Sequence record: SRR2962707_4378
Direction: 5' to 3' (one strand)
Length of the DNA: 64,000 nucleotides
Shown: positions 50,866-59,891 of the stretch, piece after piece
How the letters are laid out: each line of letters starts with the position of its first letter
How positions within the stretch are numbered: position 1 is the stretch's first letter
Program-made: the position numbers and the translations under genes
The notes under the pieces: model-generated
The model's input: only the letters and a program-made list of their open reading frames with translations
Databases searched by the model: none
Told to the model about the DNA's origin: nothing

Positions 50866-51759
50866 ATGAATGAACAGCCCGCGCATCAGTTTGATCACTG
50901 GCGCCGATACCTGACAGGCGTCGCGTACCGCATGCTGGGTTCGGTGACGGAGGCAGAGGATGTGGTGCAGGATGCATACCTGCGTTGGCACCATGCCGAT
51001 CACCTGTCAGTCGATGATGTGCGGGCCTACCTGACCATGGTCACCAGCCGGCTTTGTCTTGATCGCCTTCGCGCCGCTCATCGGCAGCGGGAGGTCTATG
51101 ATGGTCCCTGGCTGCCGGAACCTATAGTCGAAAGTCAGGACACTCCGGCGGGCGCCGAGGCGCTTGCCAGTGATGTGTCCTTTGCCCTGATGCTGGCGCT
51201 GGAGCGGTTGTCTCCCCTGGAACGTGCTGCATTCCTGTTGCACGATGTATTTGGGCTGGATTTCAGCCAGGTCGCTGTGAGCCTGGAACGCAGTGAAGCC
51301 AGTTGCCGCCAACTCGCAAGCCGCGCCCGGAAACGTGTGCAGGCTGAGCGCCCGCGCTATAAGGTGAGTTCAAGCGAGCATAATCAGTTGACCGATCGAT
51401 TCTTCGACGCCGCCCGCAGTGGCGATGTGGCAACGTTGAAGGCGCTGCTGAGTGAGAACGCCATACTGCATACCGATGGTGGGGGAAAGAGGATTGCAGC
51501 GCGGCGCCTGATTCTTGGTGCCGACAGGATCAGCCGGTTCTTTGAAGGCGTGGCGCGCAAGTCTGCATCGCCCAGCCCTCGGTGGGTTAAAGCCGTTTTC
51601 GTGAATGGGCTACCGGGATGGTTGACCATCGAACAGGATGGGCTGCCACAGATCACGACACTGGATGTGGTGGATGGCCGTATCCAGTCGGTCTATGTCG
51701 TGCGCAACCCGGACAAACTAGGGCATTTGGCCAGCCACCTGCCAGAGTTGCGTGTTTAG
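50866..51759 (+). CDS. ECF41 (SigJ-like) sigma factor with SnoaL-like C-terminus
   Basis: AYRMLGS..EAEDVVQD, GPWLPEP, DGGG, RNPDKL. Confidence 0.93.
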   Translation: MNEQPAHQFDHWRRYLTGVAYRMLGSVTEAEDVVQDAYLRWHHADHLSVDDVRAYLTMVTSRLCLDRLRAAHRQREVYDGPWLPEPIVESQDTPAGAEALASDVSFALMLALERLSPLERAAFLLHDVFGLDFSQVAVSLERSEASCRQLASRARKRVQAERPRYKVSSSEHNQLTDRFFDAARSGDVATLKALLSENAILHTDGGGKRIAARRLILGADRISRFFEGVARKSASPSPRWVKAVFVNGLPGWLTIEQDGLPQITTLDVVDGRIQSVYVVRNPDKLGHLASHLPELRV

Positions 51760-51763
51760 GGTG

Positions 51764-52333
51764 TCACACTGGCGCCACCCCGAAGAGCCATTGGTGAGCC
51801 CACATTACCAGCACCGCATAAACCGCGAGGCCACCAACAACCGCTATGGCATCGTTCGCTTTGCTGGCCGGCAGGGTCGCAATCGGCCGCTGGGTTCTGC
51901 GTTTCAAGGAGATCCGATCCACCACGGCCCAGGCCAGGAAAGAGCCGAACAGCAACAGGTCGTGCAGCATCCCGTTCGCGAGTAAGTGAGCCAAAGCCCA
52001 GAGCTTGACCGCGACGAGCATGGGGTGCCCAAGTTTTGCCTTGATCTTGCCCGGAAAATAGGTGGCCAGCAGTAGGGGAAAGACCGGAATCAGAAGGAGC
52101 ATGGCCAGGTGCCGGAGCCAGCCTGGAGATGTGTAAATGACGGTCGGGTCGAGGCGGGCGTTGCCATACCCCCAAACGATCAGAACCAGACCGACCAATG
52201 CGGCCAGCGAGTAAAGCCCCTTGAACGCCCCTTCGCCAAGGGAGTTGTGCAGGCGATTGCGCAGCGGTTCGTTGACGATGGACAGAGAGTGCACGCCAAG
52301 AAATAAAACCAGACCAACGATCAGTGTTGCCAT
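51764..52333 (-). CDS. nnrU: NnrU family membrane protein
   Basis: LFLGVHS, HPML.AVK.WA.AHLL.NG, H.WLFGV.P. Confidence 0.88.
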   Translation of the reverse strand: MATLIVGLVLFLGVHSLSIVNEPLRNRLHNSLGEGAFKGLYSLAALVGLVLIVWGYGNARLDPTVIYTSPGWLRHLAMLLLIPVFPLLLATYFPGKIKAKLGHPMLVAVKLWALAHLLANGMLHDLLLFGSFLAWAVVDRISLKRRTQRPIATLPASKANDAIAVVGGLAVYAVLVMWAHQWLFGVAPV

Positions 52334-52443
52334 TTACCCATGCTCCGTTGAGAAATTCCAGACAGTATAGTTGCGCAAACCGGGACAGGGCAGCCTCAAG
52401 CGTTTATCATCCGGAGCCTGTTTTACCGGATTGAGAAGGCCCC

Positions 52444-52818
52444 ATGAAGTTTCCAAAAGTCACGGTCGTATTGGTTTCCGCAGCCCTGTTGTTCGTACTT
52501 TGGGAGCAGACCCGGGAGCGCCCGCAACCCGTGGATGCCCGCCGTTTTGCCAACCTTGCGGATAATCCAGTCGAACTTAGCGTAGCCATGGACTGGGTCG
52601 TTCGCCAACTCCCCGTGTTGTGTGAGGACGCGACTGGACAGGATTCGGACTCCGGGGCTCATTCGACGTGCGTCAGTGAAGGGGAGGCCCGTACATCGGC
52701 CTGCCGACGTGCGGTTTATGATCGTTTTCCGAGTGTGATCGCCTCGGAACAGGTGTTCCGAGATGTCGCCCTCAGCGCGATGAACTGCCTTGTCCCGCAG
52801 TCCGGATTGGTTGAATAA
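52444..52818 (+). CDS. Hypothetical exported protein with 4 Cys
   Basis: N-terminal hydrophobic anchor; fills the intergenic space; AAGG SD. Confidence 0.6.
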   Translation: MKFPKVTVVLVSAALLFVLWEQTRERPQPVDARRFANLADNPVELSVAMDWVVRQLPVLCEDATGQDSDSGAHSTCVSEGEARTSACRRAVYDRFPSVIASEQVFRDVALSAMNCLVPQSGLVE

Positions 52819-52930
52819 GCTTTTAACCAATGACGTACAGGACGTATGGACGGTGTTTTATGCGAGTATCCCGGACGAACACCTGAATCGGCACTATAGT
52901 GGGGTAACATCAACACCATAGTGAGTTTCC

Positions 52931-54682
52931 GTGTTCTGTGGCCAGACGATGACCCGTACTCAATGCCTCGATAGTGTCCTCCGGCTCCAAAGCCGAGCCC
53001 TCTTTATTGCTGGGACTCTCTCTTTCAGTCAGATCGCTTGGGCGCAAATTGACACCGACAATTGTATTGTCAGCGAAATCCAGCCGGACGCCATTGATCT
53101 TGACCAGCCCCGGGATCAACTGGCTCGCCAGAGTGATCTGGACATTCCAGAGGGTGCCCGCATCGGCCGGGTAAACATTATTCGGCGCCCGATCTTCGAT
53201 ACCAGCGATCCTGAACAGGACAACTTTCTTTATCGCACGCTGAACGCTCTAAATACCCCGACCTGGAAATCGGCCCTGCGTGCCCAGTTGGTGTTCGACG
53301 AAGGTGACGTTTACCAACCGGGTACGCTGGACGAATCCGAACGAATACTGCGGCAGAGTGAGTACCTGACGGCCGCGTGGATCGGTGTTACCCGCGTTTG
53401 CGGGAATGAGCTGGAAGTCACTGTCCTTGCACGTGACACCTGGACGTTACTGCCGAGCGTTGGTGCTTCCAGGACGGGAGGCGAGAATAAAACCAACACC
53501 GGCCTTTCTGATCCGAATTTCCTGGGTTCCGGCAAGAGCGTGGGGATTTCCCACAAAAAAGATGCCGACCGCAGCGAGACCAGTGTCGATTTCGACGATC
53601 CGAACGTGCTTGGCTCCCATTGGCAGGCAGGCCTTTCCTACGATAAGCGCAGTGATGGGCGCGGTCGCAGTGCCTACCTTGAGCGTCCATTCTACAGTGA
53701 GCTGGCGGAGTGGCGATTTGGCCTGAGTGGTGAGGATGACATTCGCGAACAATCCCGCTATGTGGGGGCGGAGGCAATTGCGGACTATCGGCAGGACCGC
53801 GATTTTGCCAGTGTTGATGTCGGCTGGCGACTGGCAGAACGCAATGGCAGCCAGTTAAGACTGCTTGCCGGTTTTCGCTACGATGCCCGGGCGTTTGAGC
53901 GCTTACCGGATGAAACCAATCTGGACCTTCTGCCCGATGATCGGACACTGAGCTACCCATGGGTCGGGTTTGACTACCGTGAGAACCGCTTCCGGGAAAT
54001 GACAAACCTGACTCGTCTGCAACGGGTCGAGGACGTGCGGGACGGCTTTGTGTGGCGTACCGAGCTGGGGTACTCCTCGCCGGGACTTGGAGCGACGGAA
54101 GACCGCGCCGTACTGAATATGGACTTCCGGGATGCTTTGCTGGCCACTGACACCAACTACGCCAGCTACGGGTTCAGTCAGAGCGGCACCTGGCGATTTG
54201 ACCAGCACCGTTTCGAGAACCTTATCGGAACCCTGAGCCTGGAGTACTTTCATGGCGGGGCAGTGGACTGGAACAGTTGGTACACCAACCTGTCGTTCAC
54301 GGCAGCGCACAATTTGACCGTGGATCAACAGCTTCTTATTGGCGGTGACAACGGCCTTCGTGGTTATCCGAGCAACTACCAGCAGGGCAACAGAAGAGCG
54401 CTGTGGACACTGGAGCGCCGTTACTTCCCGGACTGGCACCCTTTCGAGCTGTTTCGCATGGGGGGTGTGATTTTCACCGATGTAGGCAGAGCCTGGTTTG
54501 ATGATGGTCGCAATAACGGACCCGATGACGGCGTACTGACAGATGTGGGTTTTGGCCTCAGGTTGGCTTCAAGCCGGATAGAAGTACAGCGAATGCTGCA
54601 CCTGGACTTTGCCTTCCCGCTGGCGGGAGGCGACAGCGTTGACCAGGTGCAGGTGCTATTGCGGGGGCGGTCGCGGTTCTAG
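52931..54682 (+). CDS. Omp85/BamA-TamA-like outer membrane protein
   Basis: Signal peptide; POTRA-like ESERILR; GGDNGLRGY; C-terminal Phe. Confidence 0.8.
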   Translation: MFCGQTMTRTQCLDSVLRLQSRALFIAGTLSFSQIAWAQIDTDNCIVSEIQPDAIDLDQPRDQLARQSDLDIPEGARIGRVNIIRRPIFDTSDPEQDNFLYRTLNALNTPTWKSALRAQLVFDEGDVYQPGTLDESERILRQSEYLTAAWIGVTRVCGNELEVTVLARDTWTLLPSVGASRTGGENKTNTGLSDPNFLGSGKSVGISHKKDADRSETSVDFDDPNVLGSHWQAGLSYDKRSDGRGRSAYLERPFYSELAEWRFGLSGEDDIREQSRYVGAEAIADYRQDRDFASVDVGWRLAERNGSQLRLLAGFRYDARAFERLPDETNLDLLPDDRTLSYPWVGFDYRENRFREMTNLTRLQRVEDVRDGFVWRTELGYSSPGLGATEDRAVLNMDFRDALLATDTNYASYGFSQSGTWRFDQHRFENLIGTLSLEYFHGGAVDWNSWYTNLSFTAAHNLTVDQQLLIGGDNGLRGYPSNYQQGNRRALWTLERRYFPDWHPFELFRMGGVIFTDVGRAWFDDGRNNGPDDGVLTDVGFGLRLASSRIEVQRMLHLDFAFPLAGGDSVDQVQVLLRGRSRF

Positions 54683-54849
54683 ACCGATAGTCATGTTGCC
54701 TGTGAGCAGCGATTGGTGAAAACGATCTGATTCTAAAGCGAGGTAGTGCTAAAGACTCATAGAAACGGCTTCTTCGTCTCATAGACTGCACGAGCCATAT
54801 CGAATACGCTCGTGCTTTAGAACCAAACGCCGGACGCTGGAGAACACCA

Positions 54850-55452
54850 ATGACCTCAGCATCAACAACGCTCAGAGAGCTGAACGGCCTTAGCCTGGCC
54901 CCATCAAGTCTTTCCGAATCTGCTCTGATCATGATCGACTACCAGAATACCTACCTTGAAGGCGTCATGAAGCTTGAGGGGGCTGACAAAGCCATGGAAG
55001 AGGGCCGGAAACTTCTGGAACTGGCCCGCGGCGAAGGTATCCCGGTGTTTCATATTCGCCACGATGCTGGCCCAGGCTCACCCTATGACGTTAGTGCTCG
55101 CATTGGCGCCATTGCTGACGCGGTTGCGCCGAAAGACGGCGAGCCGGTTATTACCAAAAACTTTCCAAATTCGTTTGTGCAAACCGATCTGGATGAACAG
55201 CTCAAAGCTAAGGGTATTAAAAACCTCATCCTTGCAGGGTTTATGACGCACATGTGCATCAACTCAACCGCCCATGGTGGGTTCAACCTGGGGTATGCAC
55301 CTACCGTGGTCGCCAGTGCAACGGCCACCCGCTCCCTGAAGGCGGCAAATGGCAAGGTACTGTCCGCGCAGGAAGTGCATGACGGCGCATTGGCTTCAAC
55401 GAGGGATCTTTACGCCGCAGTTGTGGACAAGATAACGGATTTACCTGCTTGA
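54850..55452 (+). CDS. Cysteine hydrolase / isochorismatase family
   Basis: ALIMIDYQN, K.FPNSF, GFMTHMCI.ST. Confidence 0.92.
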   Translation: MTSASTTLRELNGLSLAPSSLSESALIMIDYQNTYLEGVMKLEGADKAMEEGRKLLELARGEGIPVFHIRHDAGPGSPYDVSARIGAIADAVAPKDGEPVITKNFPNSFVQTDLDEQLKAKGIKNLILAGFMTHMCINSTAHGGFNLGYAPTVVASATATRSLKAANGKVLSAQEVHDGALASTRDLYAAVVDKITDLPA

Positions 55453-55462
55453 TTGATCAATG

Positions 55463-55522
55463 GCTGGGCGCTTGGTGAGTTAGCGAAACACTTGAACGCC
55501 CAGCTCATACTAAGAGCTGGGC
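55463..55522. terminator. Overlapping inverted repeats between convergent genes
   Basis: GCCCAGCTC-N7-GAGCTGGGC (55498-55522) and GCTGGGCG...CGCCCAGC (55463-55504). Confidence 0.5.
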
Positions 55523-55544
55523 CAGCCACCCAGGAACAATAAGC

Positions 55545-57362
55545 CTATGGCTGCAGCAGGTTGCAGAGCTCATCGAGCGCCTTGGGAATTGATTCGGCAA
55601 AAGCGTCCATTTCGCTGGCAACCGTATTCGCTGTGCTTAAGTAGATTCTGAGACTGCCTGGCAGTAATACATATCCCACCCCAATGCAGGTTTCACTGGT
55701 TGAACCAAACCCAAAATGTTGAATGTGTTCTGAAGGTGCCGAGCTGGTACTCAGGGCGTCTGTTCTCATTGTGAGCCAGCCCGGAGAGTCATAAAGTGCC
55801 AGTGGTCGGTGCGCGCCGAGACGCTTGCCATCGCGCTGTTGTATGAGCTGTAGTTCCCATAAAAGCTGTTCCGGTGCGTCACCCATCTGGCAGGATTTTG
55901 CTCTTGCGACATGCGCTTTTGCTGCTGCCACTAGTGCGCTGCGACATTCTTCGTCGCTGGTGTCGCAGCTTTCCATAGCCATGACAAGCTGAAGTATTTC
56001 AGGAGTGACGACGCGCATGGCCTCGGTCCGCCCATGACGGTACTGACGGGTGGCGATTGACTCGTAAGTGGGCCCGATAAAACCTTTCGCACGGTAATGG
56101 GCGAGTTGGAAAGCCAATTGCACCAAAGCATCCGGAGAGACGTGAAGCTGTTTTGCTCGATTGGCTCCAAAAGTGTCCAGTGAAACCGTGGTAGATGTCA
56201 TGCTAGCTGCGTAATGTGAGAATTCTGTAGCGGCTTCCCGAATGTCTTTTCTCAATGCGTCATTCAGGACGAATTCAACGGGTGATATCAGCGTAGGGGA
56301 GCTGTCGTTGTCCTGCCCCAATGAGTTCGATGGGTTTGTAGGAGTCTCCATTAGACTGTCTACCAAGCTTAGTGCGGTCGTGCCATCCAGTTCACAGTGT
56401 TCGATGTTGATGCCGGCGTTACCGTCCTCCATGACTACCAGGGATAGAGATTTGTCGAACCAGCGATTACCGCCATTACCTCTGAGCAACTGGTTGCACG
56501 CTTCAAGGGTGGTTTGGGGCTGAATGTCGTCCAGGCACAGACAGAACAAGGCACGTTCAATACTGTCCAGAGACTCGCCGTTGATCGGGGAAATGCTCAG
56601 CAGCTGTTGCCGACTTTCTGCCCATTCGGCACGGGCTTTGGTCGTCAGATGACCAACCGACATGTCCACAGCTGCATGTGTCTCTGAAGCCGCCAGAATA
56701 ATCTCGATTGCGGACTGAATCTTACGCTGTGGTATTTGTTGACCGTCGACGTCCAGCACGTCCATTCGAAACATTCGCCCGTAACGGAACACCAGAATAT
56801 GCCGCGCACTGGACGGCCCCGGCCACTCTGGTGTGTATGGCGCGCGTACGGTATCAAGCGGGTCCCCGGGGATACGTGTGGTTGAAAACAGAAACTGGTG
56901 CTGGCGCATGGATAGGGGAGCTCCCCGCTGCATGTGCACCGGAACCTGACCTGAATCAAGCGCTTGTTTATAGGCTACCGCACGATCAACCAGCGTTGCC
57001 GCCCGATGAACAGAAGGTTCTCCGGTTTCCTTGAAAAGAAAGAAGAAATTGGCGTTGAGGGCGATTCGGTCACGCCGTCCCAGATATCGGTATTGCCAGA
57101 ACTTGTCGAGCCAACTGTATACGTCGCTGCGCTGATCGAACGCCTCAAGTGCTGAGTACAGTGTGTGTGAGGGACTATCAGACTTCAGGAATTCTGCCAC
57201 GGATGTAACGGTTTCCTGATACTCTGCGCTGGTGAGCAAGGGGCGACACCAGTCGAGAAAGTGCTCCGCACTCTGGTGCAATCCAGGAAGTTTAACTCGG
57301 GGCAGGTCTGCCTCTTTGGAAAAAGTCCCTGGCATGTTGGCTGTTTTGTCAGGCTTTTGCAT
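55545..57362 (-). CDS. Choline/carnitine O-acyltransferase family protein
   Basis: LP.V.LP.L, W...W...YL..R, TTRIPG, NRWFDK, catalytic EHCELDG, SPD...QLA.QLA, TYES..TR.Y.HGRTE, LSTS, GFG. Confidence 0.92.
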   Translation of the reverse strand: MQKPDKTANMPGTFSKEADLPRVKLPGLHQSAEHFLDWCRPLLTSAEYQETVTSVAEFLKSDSPSHTLYSALEAFDQRSDVYSWLDKFWQYRYLGRRDRIALNANFFFLFKETGEPSVHRAATLVDRAVAYKQALDSGQVPVHMQRGAPLSMRQHQFLFSTTRIPGDPLDTVRAPYTPEWPGPSSARHILVFRYGRMFRMDVLDVDGQQIPQRKIQSAIEIILAASETHAAVDMSVGHLTTKARAEWAESRQQLLSISPINGESLDSIERALFCLCLDDIQPQTTLEACNQLLRGNGGNRWFDKSLSLVVMEDGNAGINIEHCELDGTTALSLVDSLMETPTNPSNSLGQDNDSSPTLISPVEFVLNDALRKDIREAATEFSHYAASMTSTTVSLDTFGANRAKQLHVSPDALVQLAFQLAHYRAKGFIGPTYESIATRQYRHGRTEAMRVVTPEILQLVMAMESCDTSDEECRSALVAAAKAHVARAKSCQMGDAPEQLLWELQLIQQRDGKRLGAHRPLALYDSPGWLTMRTDALSTSSAPSEHIQHFGFGSTSETCIGVGYVLLPGSLRIYLSTANTVASEMDAFAESIPKALDELCNLLQP

Positions 57363-57364
57363 TG

Positions 57365-58216
57365 CTATTCTCTTGTGTCGGCATGGATCGGTTTTTCGTT
57401 GGCTGGCATTGAGATATACAGTTCTGCATAGAGCCAACCATCATCCTCAACGCCCCGGTAATCAACGCCTGCCTCCGCCAGCGCGGCAAGCACCCGCGCC
57501 TGTTCCTGTGGGACAGCGAATCGACGTTGCCTGAAAACGCCGGCCACTTTTCTGGTTTCGTAGCCCCGTACAGTCAACGCGTCAGCAACCGCTTTGAAAG
57601 AGAACATTCTCAGAACAAAGTGCGCCATCCAGGGGCGTTTTTCTCCGGAGGCATCGATAATTCGCGTGATGGTTTTTTCCGTCACATACCCCACACAACC
57701 GGTCGATAGAACGATGTCCGTGTTCTCAAGTTGCGCAAGCTGCTCTGCCGTGGGCTGGTCATGCTCAAAGTCCGCGTTTATCACATCGTCTAACAGCCCT
57801 GCGTCGATCGCGTACGTTAGTGCCGGGGCTGAGCAGTCGAGACCAATCCATCGGCTGTGATCTTTTGACGATTGCGCCGTCAGGCACATTCGGTCGCGTT
57901 TGATCAATGCGTCCCTGCACAGAGCCCCAGCGCTCTGGCAGCCGTAGTGTTTGTAAAGCCTGTTCATGTTGGTGCCGTAGCGAATCAGCGCGGCATTGAT
58001 GCCATAGGAGCTGCCAATGTCGACAATGGTTGGCGTCGACACTCGCCTAGTCCGGCGATAAGCGTCAATCAGGTTGGTAAAGTGGGGCAGCGCCAGTTGA
58101 GGGATGCAATAACCAAGCCGCTGGAGCGTTATGAAATAGTCACGGGGGTCCGGTGCGGTATAGATGTGATCCAGTGAGACTTTGCCGGTGTTGTCCAGTT
58201 GCGATGTATCGTTCAT
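57365..58216 (-). CDS. Class I SAM-dependent methyltransferase-like protein
   Basis: IVDIGSSYGINA, IGLDCS, ADFE, STGCVGYV. Confidence 0.8.
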   Translation of the reverse strand: MNDTSQLDNTGKVSLDHIYTAPDPRDYFITLQRLGYCIPQLALPHFTNLIDAYRRTRRVSTPTIVDIGSSYGINAALIRYGTNMNRLYKHYGCQSAGALCRDALIKRDRMCLTAQSSKDHSRWIGLDCSAPALTYAIDAGLLDDVINADFEHDQPTAEQLAQLENTDIVLSTGCVGYVTEKTITRIIDASGEKRPWMAHFVLRMFSFKAVADALTVRGYETRKVAGVFRQRRFAVPQEQARVLAALAEAGVDYRGVEDDGWLYAELYISMPANEKPIHADTRE

Positions 58217-58247
58217 TGCGCCTCCGTTAGCAAAAGCCTGTTGATAG

Positions 58248-59117
58248 CTAATCCAGCAAGTGATCGTTTCTTACCACAGCTCTTGCCGTATGGACTGGCG
58301 CCAGTCGTCCGAATAGCTGAAGGGTTCGTGTAGGGCTTCCAATAACACCCCTGCGTTCGCTGTACGCAAAGATCGCGGAGTGTCGAGTGGTCGCGCCTTC
58401 GACTCTGCTTACACGGTGCAGGGAGTAACGCCCCATGAAGAGCTGTAGGTCGCCGGGACACAGGTTGATCTTACGAATACGGCCGCTACGTGAGCCCCTG
58501 AGAACAGCGTTGACGTCTCTGAAGTGCTCTTCCTGAGCTGTGCGGATGTGCGGGCAATATTCAAATAGGCCACCCGCCTCTGGCGACTGGGTAAGCAGGC
58601 TGACAGTAAATTCATTCGTATCGAAGTGCCACGGATGCTCTTTGCCGGGAGCGATGACATTGAGTACGAGCCCGGAAAACGGGTCAGCCAGCTCGTGGAC
58701 GCGTTTAAGCTGGAAGCAATCTGCGATGAAACTCTGGAACAGTGGGTTGGTGTAGAGTTGCTGGATTATAGCCGTTGAGGGAATCTGGTCTCGTGCAACA
58801 AATGCGTTGCCACGTTCCATGGTCAGGTTGCCAGGGTGCCAACGGGGGAGCACCGTATTGATATCGATGTTGTAGGCGTTAACCATCTCCGTCCTGTAGT
58901 ACGCGTTGATCGCCATTGCTGAACTTTCAGCCTCAAGACGTACCAGAGCTTCCGGCAAAATAAAGGATGAAAGAATGGCGCAACCTTCCCTCGCCAAATC
59001 CTGACGTATACCGTCGATGGTGTCGTTCCAGGCACTGTCACCTGGCAGGGTCAGCGGGTACTTGGCGAGGTTTACACAGTTCTTGATGATGCTGTGCTGG
59101 AAACCGAAGAGGTTCAC
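58248..59117 (-). CDS. 2OG-Fe(II) dioxygenase of the BesD/HalD (ArpA-like) family, HxD hydroxylase type
   Basis: HPWHFDTNEF, GG.FEY.P.IR, PGDLQLF.GRYSLHRV, R...IFAY; GAGGAG SD favours GTG 59117 over ATG 59132. Confidence 0.82.
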   Translation of the reverse strand: MNLFGFQHSIIKNCVNLAKYPLTLPGDSAWNDTIDGIRQDLAREGCAILSSFILPEALVRLEAESSAMAINAYYRTEMVNAYNIDINTVLPRWHPGNLTMERGNAFVARDQIPSTAIIQQLYTNPLFQSFIADCFQLKRVHELADPFSGLVLNVIAPGKEHPWHFDTNEFTVSLLTQSPEAGGLFEYCPHIRTAQEEHFRDVNAVLRGSRSGRIRKINLCPGDLQLFMGRYSLHRVSRVEGATTRHSAIFAYSERRGVIGSPTRTLQLFGRLAPVHTARAVVRNDHLLD

Positions 59118-59273
59118 GGTGGCGCTCCTCATACGAAAATACTCAGCGGCATCGAAATGCCATATACGATGCGTTGAGTCTGGTTATCGCTGAGCCTAAA
59201 CCACGCTTCAGTTACGAATAACTGACATTTCGTCGGAACGCGCTGAGTATTTGGTCTTACTCAGTAGGAGGGG

Positions 59274-59303
59274 GCCACAGGCACAATGGGTTGTGCCTGT
59301 GGC
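59274..59303 (-). terminator. Perfect 13-bp hairpin just after the spondin ORF stop
   Basis: GCCACAGGCACAA-TGGG-TTGTGCCTGTGGC. Confidence 0.65.
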
Positions 59304-59309
59304 TATCGT

Positions 59310-59813
59310 CTACTGCACTCGCTCAATTTGTACTCGCGCAATAGGGTTATCCCAGCGCTGATTGCCTCCCAGTGTGGAGGTATTCAGTCCATCGTCTTGG
59401 GTAACGACTCCGGGGTGAACGTAAACGGCATTTCTAACATCGTCCCTATCGGCGTTGAAACCCTCGGCCAGTCCACTGGCAGCAGGACCGGGCACGGTGT
59501 CAGCGGATTCGGTATTGGCTTCGGTGCCGGCGTCGTAGGCGTTCAGGTTGTAGGTGTAAGTGCCAGGTAGGGTGGGCACTGTCAGGCTGTTGAGAGCCAG
59601 AAAGCCATCGTTGGTGGGCAGCAGCATGGCCACGACGGAAAGCTGTGTGTTGGCTGTGGCGTTGTTGGTATTGACGATTGCCGTCGTGGTCTCTCCTGGC
59701 GCTAACAGTCCCGCAGCGGGATTGGCAACCGTGGTGGCGCCCGCTGAGTCCGAGGCGGTAACCAACGGCATAATGTCACCATTTTTGGCGGCGCGCGCTA
59801 CTTGGCCGGTCAC
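59310..59813 (-). pseudogene. 5'-truncated spondin-domain gene remnant
   Basis: SVVAMLLPTNDGF, YDAGTEAN, HPGVV, WDNPIARV; no signal peptide or N-terminal half. Confidence 0.7.
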
Positions 59814-59891
59814 TATTAGGAGCGGAAGGGTTCTCTACGGCACAATACCTTTGGAACGCTTCTCTGAACCTGCCATGGGCCCCGAAAACAC

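Noticed and set aside
55463-55522. Integron attC site
   Set aside because: AACGCCCAGCTC is reminiscent, but there is no complete RYYYAAC...GTTRRRY pair, no array and no integrase
58248-59132. Halogenase call for the BesD-like enzyme
   Set aside because: Metal triad is HFD (Asp retained), which indicates a hydroxylase
59170-59250. Canonical SAH riboswitch
   Set aside because: Fragments (GCGTTCCGACG, AGGCTCAG, CAACG) loosely resemble it, but the P1 5' strand and pseudoknot complement are not in place; needs an Infernal test
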